Origin: Monocercomonoides exilis PA203
Lineage: Eukaryota; Protista; Preaxostyla
Direction: 5' to 3'
Assembly (NCBI GenBank): GCA_001643675.2
Contig: LSRY02000052.1
Coordinates: 496,001-560,000 of the forward strand
DNA length: 64,000 nucleotides
Shown here: positions 25,232 through 35,635 of the stretch, piece after piece
How positions within the stretch are numbered: the first letter of the stretch is position 1
Layout of the letters: every line of letters starts with the position of its first letter
Notes under the pieces: generated by a model
The model's input: only the letters and a program-made list of their open reading frames with translations
Databases searched by the model: none
What the model was told of the DNA's origin: nothing
Made by a program: the position numbers and the translations under genes

Positions 25232-28200
25232 TCATTCCTTCAAAAATTCCTTCGTTTCCACTTCACTTTTTGCTTCATCCGAATAATCATATGCACCAAT
25301 TGCATCTGAAACGGTGAGCACTGATGCACTGCCTGGAAACCATTTAACGTACTCTCTCTTTAGCATTTCCAGCGAAGGCCGATGTGCCCCTTCTCTGCTG
25401 AGCATTGCTTTCACAATCGAACACAGTCCTGAGCCGGAAATACTTCCACAATCTGGCCTTTCTCCATTCACAATCTTCTGCCCCGCCACCTCTGCTGGAT
25501 ACTCCCCAAACGGGATCTGGAGTGTCAAGCACTCCCACAGCATCATCCCTATTGAAAACACAACTGTCTTTTTCGTCGCATGGTTCTTTGTTCCATTCAT
25601 CAGTTCGGGAGCCTTCCACCTCAAGCATTCTTTTTTGAAATCATCCTCATCCTCAAACGCTGAAGAGGGAAGAGAATCTCTGTCATCATCATCATCACTT
25701 GCTGATGTGACAACGGTTGAGGAAGATATGGAGGATGAATCAGAATCATCTGATAAAAGGTCTGAGTGCATGACGATGCAAATAACCATGTGCTCGGAGA
25801 ACAATACAATGTGAGGGCTCAGATTAGATAATGACTGAAGTGGAACTTCACATTCTTTGAAGGAGTGAAGCGCACCATTAGCTACCCAGAACAGAATCTG
25901 TGCAGCTGTCATCTCCCTCTCCTGCAGAGTGCATATCGCCATCTCCTTCTTCTCATTTCTCCCATGAATCAGCATGAACAATGAATCCCTCAAATCCACA
26001 ATCAATTTCTCATGAGGAGATGAGCATGCCATTGCATCCACCAAGTTCGACATGGATGAGGTGGTTGGACACAAACTCTCAGATCGAACAAATGTTGTGT
26101 CAGTATCTGAAGTGTCAGTTGTTGAAGTGGATGAAATAGATGGTGATGATGTTCTCTTTCTTGTTTCCTCCTCGATCTCCTTTTCATCAACCTTCTCAAG
26201 CACCCACTCTGGGATCTTGTCTGAGTCTCTCCCCAAAATATATTCAGTTGATCCACTCTCAGATAGAAGATGCTCTGATGATTCTGAGTGCTGCATCTGT
26301 TTCCCATATACTCTCTTCTTTATCCTCTCTTCATTCTTCTTCTCTGCCTCTCTTTCAGCTCTCCTCCACTGTTCCTCTGGTGACATCTCCATCGTCGTCA
26401 TCTCAATCAGTTTCGGGTCTTTCCTCACTGTGTCTTCTACAATCACTTCTAACTCTTCTGTTCTTTTCTTTTGCTTTCTCCATCGAACAACTAACAGAAT
26501 CGACGCAATCAAAACAATCAAAAACAAAATAACAAATACAACAGCAATGATTATAGCCCATGATGGATTTGCCCCTTTCTCTCCTTCAGCAACTCTTTCA
26601 TCTTGTTCTGGTTCAAACTTGCTTTTATTCTTCAGAATGAATGAATCTGTTGACGAAGGAGAATCAATGTTCCCAAACAGAATGCATATGCTCGCTTCTG
26701 TTTCAGCTGAAATCGAAGTCAAATTCTCACCTGGAATCACACCTCCAACTTCTTCTTCTGAGACAAAGCTCCTCTCCCCAAAGTCATACTTCTCGACAAA
26801 CTCCACATCTCCTGCTATAAATGTCAACTTGAATGATAAATTGCACGGTAGAAACAGTGTTCCCTCAAATTTTATAATGGCATTGCTTCCATTTTCAACT
26901 ACAGATACTCTGTTCAATACGGGAATAAAGAAAGGCGATGACCTTTCCCTTGCAACTCCACTAAGAGAACATCCATCATTCAACATCCAAAGAGATGTGT
27001 TTTTCTCTTGCCCATCTCCTCCTTTCAAACTGGAAATTGTCAACGAGGCCGAATCGCAGCAGATAATGTTTCGGCGAAGAGATGGATATTTCCGAATAAA
27101 AGGATTATTGTCAAAGAATTCTCCTTTCTCAATTGTCATATTTCCGGCCGAGATAGACAATCCACCCAATGAAGAAGTCGAAATTGAAACGTCCTTCATT
27201 GTTATTGTTGAATTTGATGAATGGACAAGTGATCCATTCCACTTACATGTTTCTTCAAAAGAATTTATTCCTTCGCTCTTTCTGTCTTTTGTTAGCAATC
27301 CTTCAAATTCGCACATGCGCATCGAAGCATCAATCGCATTTCCAATCTTCATCATGCTCCCTTCTTCAGACTTTGAAAAGCAGTCTGAGCAAGAGCAGTT
27401 TGAAAGAACTATCTGAGCAGAGGAAGAAGAAGCTGAAAGAATAGAAGCACCTTCTGAGTTCCTTGAACAGTTATTGAACGAGGAGATTGTTATTGAAACA
27501 GTTCCTGAAGTCGAATCGCTTATTGAAACGATACATCCTTCAAATAACTCCAATTCATTCACAGTCAGTCCATTAAGTGCAATCCTTTCACAGTTGCCAA
27601 TCTCAAACACATTGGTTGTTGCCTCAATATGTTCCAACTTCACATTCGTCAACGATATCTCTTCTCCACAAAATAGAAAAGAAGGCTTCTTAGATGAAAG
27701 CATCGAAATCGTGCAGTTATCAACATGCAGAATTCCATTTTCGATGTTCAACAAGGTTGAGTTCAGAAAAGCAGGCCGAGTGCCATCAGATTGTTCAACT
27801 GATGAAAAATCAACAAACAAAAGAGAAAGTTGGCCATTTGCTTCATGAATGACTGAGCTGCCCGAATACGAAAATGACCAATAAAAATTGAATTTCACGT
27901 TCTCAATCCGAACTCTCTCTGACGTTGTGAAGATGCTTTCCTCATCGTTGGCAATTGTTGAGTTCAAGCACACAAAAGCTGATGAAGGTGATTGAAGTGA
28001 GCGGATGCTAACATCTTGAATATTGCACGCACCAGCAATAGCAGTTTGCTCCATGATCAGCAGCTGAGAGTAACGCGACGGAACGATATGTTTCACTCCC
28101 ACATTCAACGACTCGCAAGGTACATTAAACTCTCCACATTGTTTGTTGTCTGCGCGATTATCCGCGATAGCTGAGACAAATATCGTCTCGCTCTGATATT

Positions 28201-31200
28201 TCACAACCCTCAGCAAAAGATCTTCTTCGTCCAGAAAAGAATCTGTTATGCAGCCCCATACTGCCAGTTCCTTCACAAATGGCAATCTGAAATCCAGCAA
28301 AAATTGCTCATCAACAATTTGTGTTTCGATTGAGTGACATCTCACATACGCATCTCTCCCTCTAAGCGCAGAGTTATCTCTGAACGTGATATTTGACAGA
28401 ACAAAATTCAATGGCTGCTCAACTGTCGAGGTGAATTCCAGAAACAGCCACCCACCTCTTCCTGTAGTGGAGCAGAAGCACTCAGAAATTGTACAAAATA
28501 AGCAGTCAAAGCTTCCTCCCTCATTTAACACACAAAACATCCCTCCACCCTTTTCACATTTCGATCCGCCGCATCTCTTCATTGTTGTGTTTCTAACAAC
28601 CAATTTCAATTGCTCTTCATCATTTTCGTTCCGGATGATTGGGTTATCATCAGTTGTGTTCTGAATGACTTCTTCAAATACACTCCACTCAATAACAATA
28701 TCTTGTTCAGCTTTATTTTTTACTCTTTTTGAACTCTTTGATATGCTCAATCCACTTGCTCCTTCCAGCTGAATGCTCTTCATCGTCAAATTTTTCATAT
28801 TCAAAATTGTTGTTGGATGTGCGGAAATAATATCTTTTGAAAAGCTAAGTGATTGCATTGATACAAATTCCAACTGAATCATTCCTCCATCTGTCTTTAT
28901 CAGCACAAAGTTAATAATTTCTTCTTCTCTGCTTTCTTCATTTTTGTTGAATGAACAGTCTTTCAGAGTCAACAAGCCTTCGCTTGAGCCAACTTGCAAC
29001 AAAACATTGACTTCACTTGTGAATGACGATGGAATCATTAACTTTATCAATTCGAAATTGGTAATACCCTGAATCTTCATTGCCGTTCCTTCTGCTCCTT
29101 CAAGCGATGAAACACATTCCAAAGAGCACATGCTGCTCTTATCCGATTTCACTGAAATACCACTTATCTCAACACTTTTCTGAAGAATCCCCTTTCCAAT
29201 AATGTTTATGCTCCTTTCATTTCCTTCAAGAATTCGCCCCAAGGAATAATCAATTGACAGGCAAGGATAATCTGACAATCCGCAAATACACACATCTCTT
29301 CCTTCGCTCCCAATAAATATATCTGGTCCAAATGTTCGCCAGAAATAAACCAATGGAATTGCATTTGTTGTGTCGTTTCCATCAAAGCCTCTCAAAGAAT
29401 CCAATGAAATATCAGAAAGATGCTCTGACACAAATGGAAGAGATGTGTTTGTGATGCTCTTTGTCAAGTTTGATGATTCAACAAAAAGATCATTTCCATA
29501 TTTGGCAGTATTTGGATTATCGACATCAAACACCGGTAATGATATCACAAACGAAGGATCGCTATCCATCAACTTCAATGCCATTCCTCCTCCAAAGCCT
29601 GTCTTCACTTCTTCATCTGGTGCTGTGCATCCTGTAAATGTGCATGAAATAATATCCACCTGGGCATTCCCTTTCATCTGTGTGAAAATTGCACCTCCTA
29701 TGCCTCCATCAGATAGCACGGAGCATCCATCAAATGCGCATTCTTTAATAAATATTTGTGCGTTTTCATTATCTATATTGCTATTATCAACGCTTATGCA
29801 CCCTCCACATCCTGCAGTTCTATCCATCTCCGTGATATCGCATTTTGTTGCATTCAAATATTTGACACTTTTGCATTCAATCAAACATCCATTTTGCTCG
29901 CCATTTCCTGAAAAGTTGCTTTCAATGATTTCAATCAAAGGCACAGCCCCGCTTCCTCCATCACAAATTATTGCGCTTGTCTGCCATTTGATCCCAATCT
30001 CAAACACATTGCTAATCGTCACTTTGCCTCCTTCTATTTTCACAAAGGATATATCTAATTGGCTTTCCGTTGCAGAAATGCCACAATCCTGAATTGTCAA
30101 TTTGTTGAAAATGCAATGGAATATGCTTTCATAAAATCCTATTCTTTCTGCAACAGAAAACACCACCTTGCCAAACGTTGTTCGACAGTGCGTCTCGAAT
30201 ATTCCACTTTGTGAACCAGAAATGTCTGTTCCAATCTCATAATTTGAGGAACTTCCTTCTCCAGTCATACTCCACTCATTTGAATCCATCTTCAATTCTT
30301 CTCCAAATGAAAAAGGCGGATGCAGCTTGATTGACTTGTTTTTGCCGGAAAATCTGAATCCAACTGCATTTGTTATTGTGCTGCACGGAACTTGAGCATG
30401 CCCACAACCACTGAAATCATGAGCGTCTTCTCCACCCACGTGGCAAGGGGATGTGAAGTTGTTCCACAGATAAACCACGAGCGGTATTTCGTATATTTCA
30501 TTTGTTGTTGAGCGCTCAAATCCATTCAGCTTATCCAACCCATTCACATCAACATCGAAGCAAAATGTTGCTGAATTTGTCACATCCCTCAAATCAAATG
30601 CATTCAAAAACACATCCTTCCCTTTCCTTCCCGAACATCCATCAAATCTCATGCTCTTCAACACAAAATCTGATGCCCCCTCATCCAGGTTCAAATATAT
30701 CCCTCCTCCTAAACCTCTGCTGCCATCAACATTTGAAGATGCTTCACAATTCGAAATGCATATCTTTTTCGCATGTTCATTTTCATTTTCATTGATTGAA
30801 AGGGATTCTGTCGCATTGCAAATACTGAAATGTGATCCACTTTTCATCTGCACACATAATCCTCCTCCATTTCCTCCCTCACTTTTGCATGAGTGTATGT
30901 TTCCTTCTTCAAACACCAAAGAACAGCCGCTTTCAAGTGTGCATTCAATTGCTCCCCCATTTTTACCTTTTACTGCAAAGTTCGAAATATCAGTTCGAAT
31001 TATTTCTATTATCTTTGCATTTGATGTGGAGATAAGACATGAGGATGCTATTCCTTCAGATGAGGCAATGGAAGAAACATCACTGTCGCTCATTTGAAGA
31101 GAAGCTTTGCTTTTCACTTCAATTAATCCTGATGCATAACTTGTTCCAACTCCATTCATTTGAACATTAATTAACTCAGCCTTTGCACTGCTTCCGGATA

Positions 31201-34200
31201 ATGAGATCAACGGATTATTGCTCAAAGTGATTGATGAAGCAGAAAATGAATCAATAGCCAAGATGCCAGACTCGACAGATAAGAAAAGAAATGTCAATTC
31301 TGATGTTGGATTTTGAAGTGAAAGAGAAGATTGAGTTAGATTGAGTGATGAAGATGAAGTGGACGAAATAAAAGTGGAGTGCGATGAAAGGGAAGATGGA
31401 AGAGAAAAGATTAGATTTGATAATTCTGTTTCAACACTTGCAATGACCATGGCTGAATTGGATGTTTCGCTTGCATCAGAGACGGTCAAACCACTTTGAT
31501 CATCGTTTCCTCTGATTTCATGCTTTTGATCAGAGAAGGCCAATTCATCACCCATTGAAATCATTCCGTTCACAGAAACTTTCTTTTCTCCTGTTAGCCT
31601 TGCGAGTGAGTGCTTCAAAGTTAAACAAGGGAATTGGACAATTCCACAATGAGAATGGTCAGATGCCTTGAAATTGCTTACATATATTTCTGTTGGGTTG
31701 GGAAGGAGATAGATGCACAGAGGGATGGCAACGCTTGTGTTTCCATTTTCATATCCTCGAACTTTATCAAAAGAATCCAAAGAGGCTGTGACACATTGAA
31801 TCTTTTGTGATTTTGCTGTGACTTCCAGATTCGGAGAAATGGCAAAGATGTCATTCCCCCATTTGGCTGTGTTCGTGCCAAACGAAGAGGAGATCAGGAA
31901 ATTGGGATTTTCATTCAATAATCGAAGAAGGATTCCTCCCCCAAATCCATTTGATGCAGAGCAATAGCACCCATCAAAAGATCCGCTTTTCACTTTCACT
32001 TCATTCGCATTTCCAACACACAGCATCATCGATCCCCCATCATCCGATGTTCTGCTTCCACATCTTTCAAAGGTACAAGAATTCATATCAATATTGGCCT
32101 TACCATTGGAAAACTGCATCACAGCTGCTCCGCTTGTTGTCCTTTCAATTCCATTAAAGGTGCATTCTGAAAGCGTCAACGTGACTTCATTTGTTGAAGA
32201 AAGTGAAAATAACGAAGTTGTGGAGATAGTCTTTGCCCAGTTCACACTATCCATCTGAAACATCCCATTCTGAACATTTATCAATTCCGTTGAAAAAGCT
32301 GTTTCTGAAGATTGCCCACTTCCAGCAGATATGTTCAGCCTGTTAATATGCATCTCTCCTTCTCCAGTAATCTCGAATATTCTCGAATGACAATTATTTT
32401 TATTTGAAGAGTGATGTTCGAGAGAAAAATCCCTTATTGTTAACGCTCCTGTTGACACTGAAAAAAGGCTCATCAAAGATGCTTTTAATTGTGCCCGCAC
32501 AACGATATTCATCTCTGATTGTCCACATATTGTGACCCTGTTCTCTCCACATTCTATCCATTTGGATTCAACAATAGTTCCTCCAAGAATTTCGATATTC
32601 TCCACATAGTCAGGAATAAGCTGCTTCAAACAATGACTGATAGTGTTGCATGGATAACTTTCATTAATTCCACAGGAAAATGCATCTCTTGCATTTGGCT
32701 GTGTTTGTGTTGAGGATATGAAACGAATTCTTCCTCCTTCATTCCGGAGCCATTCATTTCTGTTAAGACTATCACCACAAACATTACTCACTCGAATGGC
32801 ATTATGACTTGTTGTGAAACTGCTCAAATCAATTGAATTGCGATTTTGTGCATGAAGAAGAACATCGCATGCTCCCACAGCAGAATTATTATGAAAAAAA
32901 CAAAACAATATAATATTGCTTGTAGCTTGAACTTTCAAATGGATGGTTATTCCACCTCCATCAACGGCGTAATTATTCAGGAATAAGCAGTTTGTCACAA
33001 CTGGAGAAATCATCATTCCCCACATTTGAATTCCACCACCAGTGGGAGAAGAAACATTTGAAGTTGAGCAGTTTATAAATGAACAGTCAGCAATGACATC
33101 TCCTGAAGTGAGAACACTTTTGTACCCAATTGATATCCCACCACCATCATTGCCCACATGGCAATTTCTAAACGAGTTATTTCCAACAATATACGTTGAC
33201 TGAGGTGTTGCAATGCAAATTGCTCCTCCTGCCTCATTAAAACTTTCATTTGGTGCTTGGCAATTCAAAAATATAGAGTTTCTAATTGAAATCCTTGAAA
33301 TAGATTCGGTGAATATTGCACCTCCTCTTCCATTTCGAGCGATATTTCCTTGAAAAAGGCAGTTTGAAAGAGAAAGCGTGGATGCGCTGTTCCCTGTTAT
33401 CGAAATGGCTCCTCCATGTGTTGTTGAGTTGCAATCAATCCATTCTGAATTGTTTAGGGATATCGAATCTGGAGTGTCTATCCTGTTTTGTCTATTATAT
33501 CCATCATTTCTATCTTTGTTTCCAAGAACAGAAGTGTTTTGACAATTAAAATGAACAACACCTTTAAGTCCAGGAATCATCGTTCCAAAAAACGCGTTTT
33601 CTGTTGACATTAGCTTGCAATTTTCAATGTTGCTTTCTTCTATCCATCTGACAATTGTTCTGGAGTTCTCCATTTGCAGTGGTTTGTCTTCTCGAGTGAT
33701 GTTGCATATGATTGAATTATGAACTGAATAAGAATGGGCATTTTCTCCATAGACCATCCCTCTTCCACTGAATCTTTGATCGAAAATTTTGCAATCATCA
33801 ATTAACACTGATGATTTTTTCCCTGTCACAAAGCAAATTGGTTGATTCGATTTGCAATTTGGTCCATTCTGAAACATGAAACTTCTGAAGTTAAGTGAGG
33901 ATTCATGAGTTGAAAATGAAACAGGTGAAATCTCTGATTTGATTAACGAACTCGAATCAATTCTTATGAATGAGTTTCTGTCAATAACAAAAAGACATTC
34001 GCTTTTCAATTGCTCGTAGATTATTCCAATTAGAGAACATGAGGCATTGTGTGCATTCCACGTTCCTGCTACAGTTGATGCTTGATGAATGCAATCTTTT
34101 TTGTTCAGAAGCTCGCCTTTCAAACAAATGCATTCTGAAACTTTCTCAGTGAATAATGTCGATTGACTTTGAAAAAGTTCGTTATTGATGAAATGTTTTT

Positions 34201-34327
34201 GTTTTTTTATTTCTCTTGCTTCAAAATTGCTTCTATGTTCAGAAAAAACAGTGTTTCCTCCGCTGAAATCAACTATATTGCAATAATGAAAATGCAGAAA
34301 TATCAAATAAAAAAAAGAAATTTTCAT
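25232..34327 (-). CDS. ~3,031-aa type-I membrane protein: signal peptide, GGA(I)/FxxN Pmp-like beta-helix repeats with CG-x4/5-PC modules, TM helix, C-terminal degenerate kinase-like domain
   Basis: Intact single-exon ORF. First ATG gives MKISFFYLIFLHFHYC. Repeated GGAI/GGGI and FQGN/FLNN/FHNN/FRDN. Five CG...PC modules. TM WAIIIAVVFVILFLIVLIASILLVV. LRWKAPE, VFSIGMMLWECLTLQIPF and RPS are present, but no GxGxxG, HRD or DFG. Confidence 0.9.
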   Translation of the reverse strand: MKISFFYLIFLHFHYCNIVDFSGGNTVFSEHRSNFEAREIKKQKHFINNELFQSQSTLFTEKVSECICLKGELLNKKDCIHQASTVAGTWNAHNASCSLIGIIYEQLKSECLFVIDRNSFIRIDSSSLIKSEISPVSFSTHESSLNFRSFMFQNGPNCKSNQPICFVTGKKSSVLIDDCKIFDQRFSGRGMVYGENAHSYSVHNSIICNITREDKPLQMENSRTIVRWIEESNIENCKLMSTENAFFGTMIPGLKGVVHFNCQNTSVLGNKDRNDGYNRQNRIDTPDSISLNNSEWIDCNSTTHGGAISITGNSASTLSLSNCLFQGNIARNGRGGAIFTESISRISIRNSIFLNCQAPNESFNEAGGAICIATPQSTYIVGNNSFRNCHVGNDGGGISIGYKSVLTSGDVIADCSFINCSTSNVSSPTGGGIQMWGMMISPVVTNCLFLNNYAVDGGGITIHLKVQATSNIILFCFFHNNSAVGACDVLLHAQNRNSIDLSSFTTSHNAIRVSNVCGDSLNRNEWLRNEGGRIRFISSTQTQPNARDAFSCGINESYPCNTISHCLKQLIPDYVENIEILGGTIVESKWIECGENRVTICGQSEMNIVVRAQLKASLMSLFSVSTGALTIRDFSLEHHSSNKNNCHSRIFEITGEGEMHINRLNISAGSGQSSETAFSTELINVQNGMFQMDSVNWAKTISTTSLFSLSSTNEVTLTLSECTFNGIERTTSGAAVMQFSNGKANIDMNSCTFERCGSRTSDDGGSMMLCVGNANEVKVKSGSFDGCYCSASNGFGGGILLRLLNENPNFLISSSFGTNTAKWGNDIFAISPNLEVTAKSQKIQCVTASLDSFDKVRGYENGNTSVAIPLCIYLLPNPTEIYVSNFKASDHSHCGIVQFPCLTLKHSLARLTGEKKVSVNGMISMGDELAFSDQKHEIRGNDDQSGLTVSDASETSNSAMVIASVETELSNLIFSLPSSLSSHSTFISSTSSSSLNLTQSSLSLQNPTSELTFLFLSVESGILAIDSFSASSITLSNNPLISLSGSSAKAELINVQMNGVGTSYASGLIEVKSKASLQMSDSDVSSIASSEGIASSCLISTSNAKIIEIIRTDISNFAVKGKNGGAIECTLESGCSLVFEEGNIHSCKSEGGNGGGLCVQMKSGSHFSICNATESLSINENENEHAKKICISNCEASSNVDGSRGLGGGIYLNLDEGASDFVLKSMRFDGCSGRKGKDVFLNAFDLRDVTNSATFCFDVDVNGLDKLNGFERSTTNEIYEIPLVVYLWNNFTSPCHVGGEDAHDFSGCGHAQVPCSTITNAVGFRFSGKNKSIKLHPPFSFGEELKMDSNEWSMTGEGSSSNYEIGTDISGSQSGIFETHCRTTFGKVVFSVAERIGFYESIFHCIFNKLTIQDCGISATESQLDISFVKIEGGKVTISNVFEIGIKWQTSAIICDGGSGAVPLIEIIESNFSGNGEQNGCLIECKSVKYLNATKCDITEMDRTAGCGGCISVDNSNIDNENAQIFIKECAFDGCSVLSDGGIGGAIFTQMKGNAQVDIISCTFTGCTAPDEEVKTGFGGGMALKLMDSDPSFVISLPVFDVDNPNTAKYGNDLFVESSNLTKSITNTSLPFVSEHLSDISLDSLRGFDGNDTTNAIPLVYFWRTFGPDIFIGSEGRDVCICGLSDYPCLSIDYSLGRILEGNERSINIIGKGILQKSVEISGISVKSDKSSMCSLECVSSLEGAEGTAMKIQGITNFELIKLMIPSSFTSEVNVLLQVGSSEGLLTLKDCSFNKNEESREEEIINFVLIKTDGGMIQLEFVSMQSLSFSKDIISAHPTTILNMKNLTMKSIQLEGASGLSISKSSKRVKNKAEQDIVIEWSVFEEVIQNTTDDNPIIRNENDEEQLKLVVRNTTMKRCGGSKCEKGGGMFCVLNEGGSFDCLFCTISECFCSTTGRGGWLFLEFTSTVEQPLNFVLSNITFRDNSALRGRDAYVRCHSIETQIVDEQFLLDFRLPFVKELAVWGCITDSFLDEEDLLLRVVKYQSETIFVSAIADNRADNKQCGEFNVPCESLNVGVKHIVPSRYSQLLIMEQTAIAGACNIQDVSIRSLQSPSSAFVCLNSTIANDEESIFTTSERVRIENVKFNFYWSFSYSGSSVIHEANGQLSLLFVDFSSVEQSDGTRPAFLNSTLLNIENGILHVDNCTISMLSSKKPSFLFCGEEISLTNVKLEHIEATTNVFEIGNCERIALNGLTVNELELFEGCIVSISDSTSGTVSITISSFNNCSRNSEGASILSASSSSAQIVLSNCSCSDCFSKSEEGSMMKIGNAIDASMRMCEFEGLLTKDRKSEGINSFEETCKWNGSLVHSSNSTITMKDVSISTSSLGGLSISAGNMTIEKGEFFDNNPFIRKYPSLRRNIICCDSASLTISSLKGGDGQEKNTSLWMLNDGCSLSGVARERSSPFFIPVLNRVSVVENGSNAIIKFEGTLFLPCNLSFKLTFIAGDVEFVEKYDFGERSFVSEEEVGGVIPGENLTSISAETEASICILFGNIDSPSSTDSFILKNKSKFEPEQDERVAEGEKGANPSWAIIIAVVFVILFLIVLIASILLVVRWRKQKKRTEELEVIVEDTVRKDPKLIEMTTMEMSPEEQWRRAEREAEKKNEERIKKRVYGKQMQHSESSEHLLSESGSTEYILGRDSDKIPEWVLEKVDEKEIEEETRKRTSSPSISSTSTTDTSDTDTTFVRSESLCPTTSSMSNLVDAMACSSPHEKLIVDLRDSLFMLIHGRNEKKEMAICTLQEREMTAAQILFWVANGALHSFKECEVPLQSLSNLSPHIVLFSEHMVICIVMHSDLLSDDSDSSSISSSTVVTSASDDDDDRDSLPSSAFEDEDDFKKECLRWKAPELMNGTKNHATKKTVVFSIGMMLWECLTLQIPFGEYPAEVAGQKIVNGERPDCGSISGSGLCSIVKAMLSREGAHRPSLEMLKREYVKWFPGSASVLTVSDAIGAYDYSDEAKSEVETKEFLKE

Positions 34328-35635
34328 GTTTTGAAATATGGACCAAACCAAATTTCATATTTTTTTGAAATGCATTTTTCATTTTTTCTTTCTTTGGAAA
34401 AATAAGTGAAAAAAAAAATCACACATTATTGTTTTGGAAATTATTTTTTCTCAATTTGGTTTTTTTCATTCATTAAACCAAAAATAATTCAATTTCGTAA
34501 TTTAATAATTCGATTTCGAAATGATAAAATTATTTATTTGTGGAGCGAATGACTCTGTTTTGTGCTTCAAATTCTCATTATTTATGTCTTTTCAGAACAC
34601 TTTGTTTTGCAATATTTGCAAAATGATATGTTATTATAAAATTAATTCAATGATAATAATTTTTTATAACTATTATTTGTTTGTTCAAAAACCAATGAAA
34701 TTTATTTTTTGTGTAATTTTTGATGTTTTTCGAATATTAACCAAAGTCACAATTAAAATTTGAGAATGAAAAGAATGTTATAGTTTTTTTTCAACAAACG
34801 AAATTGTTCAATAAGCTCTTTCCTTTTGGTTATTCATTTAAACAGAATTTAATTTTTGAAATTTGTTATTGGAGTGGTGATTTTTGTAATTGCAAAAAAC
34901 TTCAAAAAATGAATTTGTTAATTATTTCATTCAAAAAAACAATTTTCATTGAGTAATAATACATTATTGGTTGAATGATAACCCGAAATTTTCTGAAATC
35001 CATCATCAAAAAAGTTGAAAAATTCTATGAAAAAGCTTTTATTTTCAAAATTGAAATATTAACTCGGAATTTAGAATAATTTTTTGTGCAATAAGTGTTT
35101 AAATATGAAGATGCTATGAATCAGCTTTTTTGTGAATTAAATTTGATTTGGAAGTTTTGAAGGTCTTTTCTGAATTGTGTTTAAAAAATATATCCAAACT
35201 GAAAAATACTAAAAAAGATATCATTTTTGTTTATTTTATATTTGAAAAAGAAAAAGTGTTTTAAAAATTGGTGATGATCGTTCATATCACAATAAAGTTT
35301 TCCATTTATAAATTATTCGTCCATTCGAATTTATAACTCTTTCTCATAAGCGTCAAATTTTCATGAATAAAGAAAGAAGATATGAATCAAATCTGAGGAT
35401 CACACAAGCAATAATAAACTGAGAACGCTGCATTCTTTCTTTCTTTTTAATCAAGAATAACAGAATTACTTAACTGTGTTTTTTTCGATATTTTTGATTG
35501 AAAATGTTATTGATTGATAACATATTTGAAAAGATGAATCATTAACTTTCAATCAAATGTGAAACAATATAAAAACTGTTTCATATTTTGAACATATTTT
35601 AAACATGTTGTAATCATATTTTTTCATATGGGTTA

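Larger units (their letters stand above)
13598..34577. repeat. Giant ~21-kb palindrome: arms 13598..23982 and 24196..34577 with imperfect hairpin core 23983..24195
   Basis: Mirrored ORFs in the track have identical translations. Coordinate sums run 48175, 48177, 48178, consistent with only three 1-bp indels. Boundaries TGAGAATTTG.../...CAAATTCTCA were read directly. Confidence 0.97.

Noticed and set aside
20761-27416. 454-aa antisense ORFs (20761..22125, 26052..27416) and other antisense or overlapping ORFs
   Set aside because: They are shadows of the long genes, Ser/Phe-biased with no motifs, and are duplicated only because of the palindrome.
13598-34577. Giant palindrome as a Polinton/Maverick, virus or giant-TIR transposon
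   Set aside because: No TSD, no integrase, polymerase or capsid genes, and no internal unique region. The arms contain only a host-type gene.
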